64,000 nt of DNA from an uncultured Methanoregulaceae archaeon (GTDB lineage: Archaea; Halobacteriota; Methanomicrobia; Methanomicrobiales; Methanospirillaceae). The stretch is from contig OY970343.1 of the NCBI GenBank assembly GCA_963717525.1, positions 1,568,001 to 1,632,000 of the forward strand, given 5' to 3'. The position numbers and the translations under genes are program-made. Position 1 is the first letter of the stretch. Each line of letters begins with the position of its first letter. The notes beneath the pieces are model-generated. The model was not told the origin of the DNA and did no database searches. It saw only the letters and a program-made list of their open reading frames with translations. Of the stretch, positions 51,645 to 62,554 are shown in pieces.

Positions 51645-52619
51645 GTGGACAACGCCCCGGATCAGCCGTTCAGCGGGAAACTGCCCGATGTCCAGGCAAC
51701 ATCTCCCGATGTCAGGATCAACCTCACCCGGGTCGGGGTAAAAAACGTAAAAAAACTCGTTGAAGTTACCCGCCCCGATAAGAGGCCGGTCGTTTTTATC
51801 TCGAACTTCGACGTCTACGTGGATCTTCCCGGCAGCCTCAAGGGGGCAAACCTCTCCCGGAATTTCGAGGTGATCGACGAGGTGCTCCAGCAGGCGATCG
51901 ATGGCAAGGTCAACGAGATCGAGAACCTCTGCAGCGCGGTGGCGCGGAAACTGCTCGACCGTCATGAGTACGCCGATCGCACGGAGGTCCTCATGCGCAG
52001 CGAGTTCATGGTCAAGCGCGAGACGCCGGTGAGTCATACGACCTGCCACGAAGTGGTCAAGGTCCATGCGCGGGCGATTGCAAAAAGGACCTTCCGCGAG
52101 CCGATCGTGAGAAAGAGCGTCGGTGCCGAAGTCACGGGCATGACCGCGTGTCCCTGTGCCCAGAATATCATGAAGGAGCGGGCAAACAACGTCCTTGAGA
52201 ACCTGGGTATCGACCAGAATACCATAGATGCGTTCTTTGCCGAAGTCCCGATGGCCACCCATAACCAGCGGGGCCGGGGTTTTCTCTGCATCGAGACTGA
52301 TGACGACCAGTACGTCGACCTTGAGAAGATCATCCATATTCTCAAGGATTCCATGAGCGCCGGTATCTACGAGCTCCTCAAGCGCGGCGACGAAAGTGCA
52401 GTGGTGCTTGCCGCGCACAAGAATCCGCGGTTTGTGGAAGACTGTGTCCGGGAGATGGCAAAAAAAGTCCTGACCGGATTTGACTATCTTCCGGGCGATG
52501 CCGTAGTCACCATCAAGCAGACCAATGAGGAAAGCATCCACCAGCATGACGCGTACGCCGAACGGAGGGCTACGCTCGCAGAACTTCAGGATGAGCTTAA
52601 TGGCGAGAGGAGATTATGA
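51645..52619 (+). CDS. mptA: GTP cyclohydrolase MptA (FolE2 family)
   Basis: LPDVQ, LTRVGV, KGANLSR, TACPC, THNQR, NPRFVED, NEESIHQHDA. Confidence 0.93.
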   Translation: MDNAPDQPFSGKLPDVQATSPDVRINLTRVGVKNVKKLVEVTRPDKRPVVFISNFDVYVDLPGSLKGANLSRNFEVIDEVLQQAIDGKVNEIENLCSAVARKLLDRHEYADRTEVLMRSEFMVKRETPVSHTTCHEVVKVHARAIAKRTFREPIVRKSVGAEVTGMTACPCAQNIMKERANNVLENLGIDQNTIDAFFAEVPMATHNQRGRGFLCIETDDDQYVDLEKIIHILKDSMSAGIYELLKRGDESAVVLAAHKNPRFVEDCVREMAKKVLTGFDYLPGDAVVTIKQTNEESIHQHDAYAERRATLAELQDELNGERRL

Positions 52620-52924
52620 GGCTGAAAAATACAAAAAAGAAAATAATAATGACCAGTAAATAGAACAAAGTTGTATTTTTTTCAACCTGCTTGCGCGGCC
52701 GGAAAAAACGATAATTTTCCCACCGTTTTTATTTTAATGGCCGATTTGCCCGTTTATTCCTTTTTCAGGTTCCGGGAAATTAAAACAATAAACGTTATAA
52801 AATGGCTCGTTGTAGATAGAGTTGAACGTACTTTGTACGGTCAATTATCTCTAGAGATGAGAGAGTATAGAGTAAATTTTGTACCGCATTACGAACAACT
52901 CAACATACTAATGAGGCGATAATA

Positions 52925-54293
52925 TTGTCGAAAGTTGTAGAGATTTCCCCAACCACAAGACACGAAGGACACTCCAAACTTGTCTTGAAGGTTAACGATC
53001 AGGGTATCATCGAGACGGGTAACTGGTGTTCTATTACCCCGGTGAGGGGCGTCGAGAAGCTTGCCGTTGGCAAGACCCCCGAACAGGTGCCGAAGATCGC
53101 ATCCCGTGTCTGTGGTATCTGTCCGATTGCCCACAACATCGCAGGTACCGAAGCGATGGAAGCATCCATCAAGTGCGAGATCCCGAAGGACGCAAAGATG
53201 CTCCGTCACATCCTGCAGCTGGCCAACCGGTGCCACAGCATTGCACTGCACGACATCCTGATCCTGCCCGATTTCTATATCCCGGGCACCGAGACCAAGA
53301 TCAACCCGTTCACGGCAGAAGAGCCGGTGCGCACCGTTGCAAAGCGCATCCAGCGCCTCCGTGAGATCGGCCAGACCATCGGCCAGATCTCCGGTGGCGA
53401 CTGCATCCACCCGAGAAACACCCGTGTCGGTGGTATGTACCGGAACTGCTCCGAGCAGGCCAAGACCAAGATGTACGACCTCGCGAAGGAAGGACTTGTC
53501 CTCGCCCACGCTCAGGCAGAGTTCATGATCGCGGTTATCCGCGCCTACCACAAGAGAGACTCTGTTGATGTCGGCGGCATGAAGGTTGCACTTCCCAAGG
53601 ATCTCGGCTTCCACGACCAGGGCTACCTTGCAACCCACGCGTTCTACGGCAGCTCGAGCCTGGAAGAGTGCCCCAGCTGGGACATCGACCGGTTCAAGGA
53701 AGTCCGGCCGTGGGACTGGTACATGGGTGAGATGGAAGTCTCGCTCGAAGAGCCCAGGTATCCCGTTGGCGGAACCACCAAGATCGGCACCAAGGTCAAC
53801 CCCCAGATGGAAGCCTGCACCGGTATCCCGATGTACGACGGCCAGCCTGTTGAAGTCGGCCCGCGTGCCCGTCTCGTCACGTACAAGCACTTTGACGAGA
53901 AGGGAACCCAGGGACAAAACGTTGCCCGTGAAATGGAGTACCAGGACTGCTTCTATGAGATGATCGACTGCCTTGACGAGCTGAACACGAGCGGTAAGGT
54001 CATTGCGGACTACATCCCCGACGGCGACGGCTCTCTGGGCTGGGCATCCAACGAGGCCCCCCGCGGTACCGATGTCCACATTGCACGCGTAAAGGACTGG
54101 AAGGTCCAGGTACTACAGCATGCTCGTCCCGACCACGTGGAACTTTGCGACCTGCAGCGCCGCACTCAAGGGTGCACCCTGGCAGCTCGCTGAAGTCATC
54201 ATGCGCGGGTACGACCCCTGTGTGTCATGTGCAACCCACATGATCGTCGTGGATGAGGACAACAAGTTAGTGGCTCAGAAGCTCATCCAGTGA
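52925..54293 (+). CDS. frhA: F420-reducing [NiFe] hydrogenase large subunit (apparent frameshift near 54109)
   Basis: PTTRHEGH, RVCGIC. Removing one G at CAGGTAC restores VQYYSMLVPTTWN...YDPCVSCATH plus the C-terminal extension to the stop at 54293. Confidence 0.95.
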
Positions 54294-54847
54294 GTAACCC
54301 CACCATGCTGTATCCGGAGATCGTGGTTGCAGGGTGTGGAAACCCCCTGTTTGCCGATGACGGCTTTGGCCCGGCAGTAATCGAAGAGATGGAAAAACTC
54401 ACGCTTCCCGACAATGTAATGATAGTGGACGCGGGCCTTGGCGGCCCGCACTTTATTTTTACACTGCTCGACCCGGAAGTGACAAAGAAACTCGTGATCG
54501 TTGATATTGCTGATTATGGGGCGGAGCCGGGATCGATTACCAAGCTCCGCGTCGAGGATCTCCCCCCGGGATCGTATCGCGATGCCCATTCGTGGGACCT
54601 CGCCGAACCATTGCAGCGTATCAAGGACCGGATAGAGATTACGGTCATCGGATGCCAGCCGGCACGGGTTACATCCCCGGAATTTGAGATCGGGCTTTCG
54701 GACGAAGTCCAGAAAGCGATCCCCAAGACCATCCGGGTGATACTGGAAACAATCGGAGTGGATTATGGGACTACTATCAAGTGTATTCAAGAAGAACGCC
54801 AGCCCGGAACCGCCAAAACCAGCTGCGGCTCCCTCAAAATCAGCTGA
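54290..54847 (+). CDS. frhD: Hydrogenase maturation protease FrhD
   Basis: GCGNPLFADDGFG, VDAG, DAHSW, GCQP. Confidence 0.92.
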   Translation: MSNPTMLYPEIVVAGCGNPLFADDGFGPAVIEEMEKLTLPDNVMIVDAGLGGPHFIFTLLDPEVTKKLVIVDIADYGAEPGSITKLRVEDLPPGSYRDAHSWDLAEPLQRIKDRIEITVIGCQPARVTSPEFEIGLSDEVQKAIPKTIRVILETIGVDYGTTIKCIQEERQPGTAKTSCGSLKIS

Positions 54848-55652
54848 CGTTGCAGTAAAACCAGCAGAAACAAAAAAGGAGGTTAAGCCTGTGGCTGATA
54901 AGATTACATTAGGTTACACACACCTGAGTGGGTGTACCGGTTGCACTGTGGCACTCGCAGACAACTATGCCGGATTATTAACTCTCCTCGACAGATATGT
55001 CGACCTGAAATATATGCCAACCCTTGCAGATGTCAGGCATGTCCAGAAGGTCGATGTTTCATTTGTCGAAGGTTCATGTTGTATTAACGACAAACTCGCA
55101 GTAGAGGAACTCAAGGAAACCCGTGAGAAGTCAGCAGTGGTCGTCGCCCTTGGCGGCTGCGCCTGCTACGGCAACATTACCCGGTTCTCCCGCGGTGGCC
55201 AGCAGAACCAGCCGGCCCACGAAGCATACCTGCCGATAGGCGATATCATCAAGGTCGACGTGTACATCCCCGGATGCGCACCTACCCCGCAGATGATCAG
55301 GAACGTCGCTGTCATGGCGTACCTGCTCCTCAAGGGAACCAAGGAACAGAAAGACCTCGCAACTGCATTCCTCAAGCCCCTTATGATGGCGGCAAACGAA
55401 GGAACCAGCGCCTGCTTCTGCGACCTGATGACCAAGGTTATCAACCAGGGTCTCTGCATGGGATGCGGCAGCTGTGCATCAGCCTGCCCGGTCAATGCAA
55501 TTACCCACGAGTACGGCAAGCCCCAGGGCGAGCGCGACCTGTGCATCAAGTGCGGTGCGTGCTACAACCAGTGCCCGCGGAGCTGGTTCAGCTTCGATGT
55601 TGTCGAGAACTATGAGGCGATCAACGAGGCCATCATGGCGGCACTCCAGTGA
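54765..55652 (+). CDS. frhG: F420-reducing hydrogenase gamma subunit
   Basis: GCTGC, EGS, GGCACYG, PGCAP; C-terminal ferredoxin motifs. Confidence 0.94.
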   Translation: MGLLSSVFKKNASPEPPKPAAAPSKSADVAVKPAETKKEVKPVADKITLGYTHLSGCTGCTVALADNYAGLLTLLDRYVDLKYMPTLADVRHVQKVDVSFVEGSCCINDKLAVEELKETREKSAVVVALGGCACYGNITRFSRGGQQNQPAHEAYLPIGDIIKVDVYIPGCAPTPQMIRNVAVMAYLLLKGTKEQKDLATAFLKPLMMAANEGTSACFCDLMTKVINQGLCMGCGSCASACPVNAITHEYGKPQGERDLCIKCGACYNQCPRSWFSFDVVENYEAINEAIMAALQ

Positions 55653-55663
55653 AGGTGATTGAA

Positions 55664-56590
55664 ATGGGAGCAGAACTCGGTAAATACAAGGCATGCGTCT
55701 CAGCACGAAGCACCGACAAGGAGATTCTCAAGCACGCCCAGGACGGCGGCATTGTTACATCCCTCTTCGGATATGCACTCGACGCAGGTATCATTGACGG
55801 CGCAATTGTCGCTGCAACCAAGGAATTCGCGCACAAGCACCCGGAAAAAGCCATGCGGGACAACTCGAATATGGAGTTCCATGAGCCCTGGAGACCAATT
55901 CCGGTCATTGTTACATCAAAGGCGGATCTGCTTGCAGCAGCAGGCACCAAGTACAACATCAGCCCGAACGTCTCCATGATCAAGGAGGCAACCCGCAGCT
56001 TCGGCCTGGACAAGGTCGGTATCGTTGGAACCCCCTGCCAGATGCAGGCAATCCGGAAACTCCAGCTCTACCCGATCGGTGCCCGTGACGTTGGCGCCAG
56101 CATTGCTCTTGCAGTCGGTATCTTCTGCATGGAGAACTTCCCGTACCAGAGCATCCTCCAGCTCGTGGAAGACCACGCGGCGATGAAGCTCGAGGCCGTC
56201 AAGAAGATGGAGATCGGCAAGGGCAAATTCTGGGTCTACGGCAAGCGCGGACAGGTCGTTCAGCTGCCGCTCAAGGTGACCCACAAGTACGAGCAGCCCG
56301 GCTGCCACGTATGCCTCGACTACGTTGCAAACCTCGGCGATATCTCCACCGGTTCCGTTGGCAGCCCCGACGGCTGGTCCACCGTCTTTGTCAGGTCAAA
56401 GATCGGTGACGCAGTCTGGGCAAAGGCAATGGCAGACGGTGTCTTCGAGACCCAGCCTATCGAGAAGGTCAAGCCCGGCCTTGAACTCGTGACCAAGCTC
56501 GCAACCGAGAAGATCACGAAGAACAAGAACACTCTTGAGGCCCGCAAGACTTTCGGTGTTGGCAAGGCTCTCCGGAACCCCTACATCTAA
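55664..56590 (+). CDS. frhB: F420-reducing hydrogenase beta subunit
   Basis: AQDGGIVT, AAGTKY, VGTPCQ, GIFCMENF, GCHVC.DY...DISTGSVGSPDGWS. Confidence 0.95.
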   Translation: MGAELGKYKACVSARSTDKEILKHAQDGGIVTSLFGYALDAGIIDGAIVAATKEFAHKHPEKAMRDNSNMEFHEPWRPIPVIVTSKADLLAAAGTKYNISPNVSMIKEATRSFGLDKVGIVGTPCQMQAIRKLQLYPIGARDVGASIALAVGIFCMENFPYQSILQLVEDHAAMKLEAVKKMEIGKGKFWVYGKRGQVVQLPLKVTHKYEQPGCHVCLDYVANLGDISTGSVGSPDGWSTVFVRSKIGDAVWAKAMADGVFETQPIEKVKPGLELVTKLATEKITKNKNTLEARKTFGVGKALRNPYI

Positions 56591-56740
56591 ATCTTTTTTT
56601 AAAAGAGAAGGCAGCCTTCACAAGGTGCATGTGCGGTAAAACTTAAAGATATGCCAGACTGCAGGTGCCGCCGGTGCAGGGAAAGTTACTGAAAGGCGTC
56701 AAACACGCGAAGATGAGCCATCCTCTCTGAACGCGGGTTG

Positions 56741-57052
56741 TCAGACTCCCCAGTTCCTGATCTCCCGGATCGAGGCGCCCGGGGTCAGGTGCAGGAAAAA
56801 TCCTGCAATTGCCCCCTGAAGCGCAGCCTCCTTTGAAGGATACGTCCCGGTATCGCGGTGATAGTCCTTGCCACCTTTCTCCCGCACGGCAAGGTTTGCG
56901 ATCCCGGAATACGTGCTGCCCGAACGTATTATCTTGACCTTGAGGGGGACATCGACATCCCTGATATCGATCTCATAGATCCCGACCAGTTCGCGTACCT
57001 GCAGGATATCCGGGTACTGCCGGGCCAGGTCATCATCCGGTGATGGTGTCAC
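56741..57052 (-). CDS. Hypothetical protein
   Basis: 103-aa ORF with GTG start preceded by GAGG. Confidence 0.6.
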   Translation of the reverse strand: MTPSPDDDLARQYPDILQVRELVGIYEIDIRDVDVPLKVKIIRSGSTYSGIANLAVREKGGKDYHRDTGTYPSKEAALQGAIAGFFLHLTPGASIREIRNWGV

Positions 57053-57322
57053 ACCCCTCTATGGACTGCCGGACAGGAAAAAGGGATCCGTTTTTCTCAC
57101 ATGTCATACACCCCACCGGATTGGGTCCGGGACCCGGAGGATTTGATTTCTTGGGCCATATGGCCAATAAACTGCCGGCTGATTTATACTAAACCAATCC
57201 GAACGGGAAGTCCCGCTCTCGCGAAAAAAAATTCCCGTGGGCTGCCGTATTGGTATTTCTCCCCGATTGCGTCGAAACCGCAGTCTTTATGCAGCGACGC
57301 AAGGAATTTACTAGAGAAGAAC

Positions 57323-58033
57323 ATGGCCAGAAAATGCGGGAACTGCGGCGCTCCTGCCCCCGATACCAATTCGCGGTTCTGCGACCTGTGCGGGGCGCCG
57401 CTCATCGAAGAGCCGGTTACACCGCAGGGGCTGCCGGTCTGCCCGGCCTGCGGGACCATCGTCTCCGATAAGAAGGCACAGTTCTGCGATGTATGCGGGG
57501 CTCCGCTGGCAAAACCGGTCTGCCCGGCCTGCGGCACCCCGGCACCGTCTTCCCGCTCAAAATTCTGTACCCGGTGCGGTGCCACCTTCGGGCCCCCGGT
57601 CCCGGGGAAAAGCCGGACTGTCCCCGCTGTTCCTGTTGCACCTGTTCCAGATCCGGAACCAGAACCGGTTGTAGTCAGGTCACGGAAAGGGCGGCTGCCG
57701 GCACCTGGTGATCCCCCGGAGGAATGGGATCCCTGGACTGACGGGGACCCGCTCTATGATATATCGACGCCGCTGCCCCTGCAGCCACAGCAGAGACCTC
57801 TCACCGACCTCGAACGCATTGCCGGGGGAATGGTGCCACGGCCCAAGCCTGTCAAAGACCCTGAACCACAACCCCCTGGCTCACAGAAAAAATATGCCCA
57901 CCTCCCCCTTGTCGCCGATGAATTAAAGCAGGACGCCGAACGCCGCGCCGCTCCCGGAACTGCGAAGGGTGCTGAGCCCGGGAAGAAGGGACGACAGGGA
58001 AAAAAGGGCGGGATGTTCAAATTCCTGAAGTGA
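57323..58033 (+). CDS. Double-zinc-ribbon protein with Pro-rich tail
   Basis: Three 'CxxCG...FCxxCG' modules. Start set at MARKCGNC. Confidence 0.8.
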   Translation: MARKCGNCGAPAPDTNSRFCDLCGAPLIEEPVTPQGLPVCPACGTIVSDKKAQFCDVCGAPLAKPVCPACGTPAPSSRSKFCTRCGATFGPPVPGKSRTVPAVPVAPVPDPEPEPVVVRSRKGRLPAPGDPPEEWDPWTDGDPLYDISTPLPLQPQQRPLTDLERIAGGMVPRPKPVKDPEPQPPGSQKKYAHLPLVADELKQDAERRAAPGTAKGAEPGKKGRQGKKGGMFKFLK

Positions 58034-58096
58034 TGGCAGGCTCCCGCACTCATCTCCCTTCTTTTACCGTAGTGCCGGAAACAGGAGCGGCAGTCC

Positions 58097-58936
58097 TCAT
58101 TCGAAGTATCGGACAATATTCCGGAAGATTGCCATGTTGAGCGATTCTTCAGGGATCCGCTCGCCGCTCCGCCGCATCTGCTCTTTCTGGAGCGGCCAGT
58201 CATAGAGGCCGGTAAACTCCATCGCCCGCTCGGGGTGCGGCATCATACCCAGCACCTTGCCGTCTTTTGAAGTGAGGCCGGCGATATCCTCCATCGAACC
58301 GTTCGGGTTGAACGGATACTCACCGCCGGCCGGGCTCAAATCATCCCGGCAGTAGGTGAACGCGATCTGCTTGTGCTTCCTGATTTTCTGGAGAGTCTCC
58401 GCGGAGCAGGAGAGGTTTCCCTCCCCATGGGATACCGGGCACCAGAGCTTCACGATCCCGTGCGTCCAGATGGTGTCTGCCGCAGGACGGATTGTCACGA
58501 ACCGGCATTCGAGCCGCCCGCTCCGGTTGGGCATCAGGGCGATATCCCGGGCGTACGACCGGTCAAATGCAGGGACGAGCCCGAGGTTTGCAAGGATCTG
58601 GAACCCGTTGCAGATCCCCAGAACGAGGTTGTCGCCGTCCAGAAATTCCAGGAGATCGTCCCAGAGGTTGTTTCTCACACGGTTTGCGTATGCGTTGCCG
58701 GCGCCGGTATCGTCCCCGTAGGAGAAGCCCCCGGGAAAAACCAGGAGCCGGTAATCCGCGAGGCGTTCCCGCCCGGTAATCAGGTCGTTGATGTGGACAA
58801 TCTCCGCGTCCATGCCGGCCCGGAGGAGCGCCTCCCGTGTCTCCATCTCCGAGTTGATCCCGTACCCGCTCATGATAAGGGCCTTCTCCGGGATAATGGG
58901 CTGGCGGGACGAGGGTGATGTATGTGCGGAGGGCAT
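58097..58936 (-). CDS. purQ: FGAM synthase glutaminase subunit
   Basis: GYGINSE, PGGFSYGD, GICNGFQ, SHGEG, MMPHPER. Confidence 0.95.
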   Translation of the reverse strand: MPSAHTSPSSRQPIIPEKALIMSGYGINSEMETREALLRAGMDAEIVHINDLITGRERLADYRLLVFPGGFSYGDDTGAGNAYANRVRNNLWDDLLEFLDGDNLVLGICNGFQILANLGLVPAFDRSYARDIALMPNRSGRLECRFVTIRPAADTIWTHGIVKLWCPVSHGEGNLSCSAETLQKIRKHKQIAFTYCRDDLSPAGGEYPFNPNGSMEDIAGLTSKDGKVLGMMPHPERAMEFTGLYDWPLQKEQMRRSGERIPEESLNMAIFRNIVRYFE

Positions 58937-58937
58937 A

Positions 58938-61879
58938 TCAAAATCCCCTGAAGGGCGCTTTGTAGACCTCTTCCAGTGCTGCGATCTCCTGCTCTAAAAG
59001 GAGCGTTCGGCCGGTGACCCGGAGCCGGCCCCCCCGGTTTTTCCGAGCAGCAGCGCATCGGCGCCGAGCGCCGTTTCGAATGCCCGTTTATGATCCGGCG
59101 CGACGGTAACGACGAAACGCCCGAGCGTCTCGGAAAAGAGGAAGAAATCTGGTCGCAGGGTGCCGGGAATAGTGATATCCATGCCGAGCCGGCCGGCGAT
59201 TGCGACCTTTGCAAGCGCCACACAGAGGCCCCCATGGCCGACCGGGTACGCAGAGGCCACGAGCTCGTGGGCGATCGCGTCTGACAGTTTGGTGTAGCGC
59301 ACCCGTGCCGTAGCAGCATCGAGCCGGGGCACGGTGCTCCCCACTGCGCCGAGATGGGCAAAATATTCCGACCCGGCCAGCTCTTCCTCCGTCCCGCCGA
59401 TCACGTACACGAGGTCTCCGGCAATTTTTGCATCGAGCGAGACGGCCTTTGCCACATCGCTGTGGATCCCGATGGACGAGATCAGGAGCGTGGGCGGGAC
59501 AGAAACCTTAACCCGGTTGTTTTCCTCGTCGTAACCAGAAAAATCGTTGAACATGCTGTCCTTGCCGGAGATAAACGGCGTCCCGAAGGCTTTTGCATAA
59601 TCGTAACACCCCATGGCAGCCTGTTTGAGCTGCCACAGGCGCTCCGGCTCATCGGACGAGCACCAGCAGAAATTGTCAAGGAGCGCGATTGATTCCGGAG
59701 AGATCCCAATCGCGACAAGCCCCCGGATAGCGGTGTCGATCGCGGCCCCGGCCATGCGGTACGGATCGATCTCGGAGTACGAATGGAAGAGCGCCTGCGA
59801 GAGCCCGACGCCTTTTTTCGATCCGGGCACCACTTTTGTGAGCGTCGCCACCGACTGTACACGGCCTTTTCCCTGCACGGGCCCGAGCACGTGGCCGCCC
59901 TGCACGGTATGGTCGTACTGGATCGAGACAAATTCCGTCGAACAGATATTCCGGCGCCCAAGCATTGCAAGAAGAGTATCACCGAGCCGGTCCGGGCAGG
60001 GCGGGAGAGGGCCGGGCTCCACCGCCTTCACCAGCGTTGTAGTGAGGTGTTTTTTCGGCAGTCCGTCATGCAGGAACGCGAGATCGATGTCCATCACAAC
60101 CTTCCCGTGGTACTCCACCACGCACCTTCCCGTGTCCGTGAACCACCCGATCACCGTCGCTTCGACCTCCCGGCGGGCAAGGAGCCCGGTGAAGTTCTCA
60201 AGCTTGTCCGGCGGGACGGCGAGCGTCATGCGCTCCTGCGATTCGGAGATCCAGATCTCCCACGGGGCCATCCCGGGGTACTTCAGGGGCACCCGGTCGA
60301 GCTCCACGTGGCAGCCGTTGCATTCCTTTGCCATCTCGGCCACCGAGCAGGAGAGGCCGCCGGCGCCGTTGTCTGTGATACTCCGGTACAGGCCGAGATC
60401 CCGGGCCTCTTTCACAAGCACATCCGAGAATTTCTTCTGGGTGATCGGGTCGCCGATCTGTACCGCGGTGACCGGACTCTCCGGGTCAAGGGCCTCGGAC
60501 GAGAACGTGGCGCCATGGATGCCATCTTTTCCAACCCGTCCGCCCACCATCACGATAAGGTCGCCGGGCTCCGCTTTCTTCTCAAAGAGTTTCCTTCCCT
60601 CATGTTCCCGTGGCATCACGCCGACCGTGCCGGCAAAAACGAGAGGCTTGCCTGCGTACCGGTCATCGAACCAGCAGAAGCCCTGCGGCGTCGGGATACC
60701 CGAGCAGTTACCCCCCACACCTACACCCCGCACGACACCGTCGAGGATCTGCCGGGGGGACAGGATGGGGCTTGTACCGTCCCTGCCCCGGTACAGCTTC
60801 GGGTCTGTTGCCGGGTCGCCGACGCAGAACCCGTAGATATTGATACAGGGCTTTGCACCGAGGCCAAAGCCGATCGTGTCCCGATTCACACCGACAATCC
60901 CGGTGAGCGCCCCGCCGAACGGGTCAAGGGCGGAGGGCGAGTTGTGGGTCTCGACCTTGTGGGTCACGAGATACTCGTCGTCGAAAATGATCGCGCCGGA
61001 GTTGTCGGTAAAGACCGTAACGCAGATGTCGCGGTCCCCTTTCTCCGCCCGGATCTCGTTTGTCGCTGCCTGGATGCAGGTCTTGTACAGGCCTTTTGGG
61101 AGATCGTCATCCATAGCCGACGCGAAGATCGTGTGCTTGCAGTGCTCGCTCCATGTCTGGGCAAGGGATTCGATCTCGACGTCAGTAGGCGCGCGCCCGG
61201 AACGGTTGAAATAATCGCGGATCGCGTGGAGCTGGGCAAGATCGAGCGCGAGCGGGCCCCTACGCTGGCCGGTCTGCGGGTCAATGATCCCCTCCTTTCC
61301 CAGCCGTGCGAGCTCCGCATCCGGGATTGCGAGGTCCACCGTTCCTGCGGCGGGAAGCTCATGGAGCCTGACCTGCGGGACAACCCGGTCCATCCCGGCC
61401 TCCCCGTATTCCTGACGGGTCTTCGTGCTCACCCGGTTGACGAGCGGGTTTGCAAGGGTCGCCGCGAGACGTGCGAGAACGTCGGGGGCGAGCCTGCCGC
61501 GGACGAGGTAGAGGGACGAGGATGAAACGGTCTCGCCCTCACCAAAGGAGATGCCGAGATAGTCCTCGATCATCTGGCGGGCGGTCGCACCCACATTATC
61601 GGTCACACCGGGCAAAAACCCGACCTCGATCGCGTACTCGAAAAGTGCCCGTGTCGCTTCGTCCACCACGAAGTCCTGCACCACGGGATTGGTGAGCCGG
61701 GCGCCGATCTCCGCGAGTTCGGCACGGGAAACATCCTTCTGAACAGTTGCAATGGTGTAGACCTCCACAAGATGCAGCTCGTCGATCAAAAACCCGAGCG
61801 ACCGGATCCGGTCCGTACGGATTTTTTCGCGGGGATCTTTTTTATAGTGAACTTCTATGCGGTGGACAAAAGAAGCCAT
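58938..61879 (-). CDS. purL: FGAM synthase PurL with N-terminal PurS-like extension (apparent homopolymer frameshift near 59030)
   Basis: WSEHCKH, KVETHNSPS, DGIHGA, DNGAGG, SESQERM, SGKDS. One added G in the G7 run extends the frame to ...YKAPFRGF* at 58938, next to the purQ start. Confidence 0.95.
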
Positions 61880-61994
61880 GCGTAATGGTGTGCCCTAAAA
61901 GAAGAAAATACGTACCGTCCCGGCCTGCATAGGATCCGGGCATTCCTGAAAGGATGACCAGCGATTCCCACAAGCTCAAGGAAAAACCAGAAAA

Positions 61995-62489
61995 TTATTT
62001 TTCCTGCCGCTTCACGGTCACCGGGTCGATCATCGCGTTGATCGCGAGGTCAAACGGCACCACCCCGGTCCAGCCTGCACGGGCAAACATGTCCTGGAAA
62101 CAGACGCCCACGACCTTTGCCCCGGAGTGACGGGCGGCCAGATCGCGGACCTGCTCTTTTGTCACCGGCATCAGGGGCATCGCGAGCCCGCCCATAATGA
62201 CGAGAACACGGGGACTGGTCACGGAGACCGGTTCACCCGCAGCCTGCATGCCAACGTCGGGCACGTCATGGATTGCATGCGCCTTTGCCTCGTCAAGCAG
62301 TGGCACGAAGGCCTGCCGGAGGTGCAGGCCCCGGATCGCGACAGCGAGCAATTCGGCAAACGGCGTGCAGGTCCCCACGCAGCCGTAGTACACGATAAGA
62401 TCTCCCTCGCTGAGGTTGAGGCTTTTGATATATTCCTTGAACGGGCGCAGGATGCCGGGGATGCCGCGAAGGGCCTCTTGTTCTGTCAT
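61995..62489 (-). CDS. DUF2124 family protein
   Basis: GCVGTCTPFAELL, MGGLAMP, GVCFQDMF. Confidence 0.8.
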   Translation of the reverse strand: MTEQEALRGIPGILRPFKEYIKSLNLSEGDLIVYYGCVGTCTPFAELLAVAIRGLHLRQAFVPLLDEAKAHAIHDVPDVGMQAAGEPVSVTSPRVLVIMGGLAMPLMPVTKEQVRDLAARHSGAKVVGVCFQDMFARAGWTGVVPFDLAINAMIDPVTVKRQEK

Positions 62490-62554
62490 ACCAGATCAAC
62501 CATCGGGGCAAATTGCTATTAAAAGTTCCCAAACCGGCCCGCCAGGCCTGTTTT

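Noticed and set aside
59783..61525. Long antisense ORFs (580 aa here; also 30006-31400, 52889-54079, 51552-52547, 7796-8557)
   Set aside because: Shadow frames of GC-rich, codon-biased genes on the opposite strand; no motifs.
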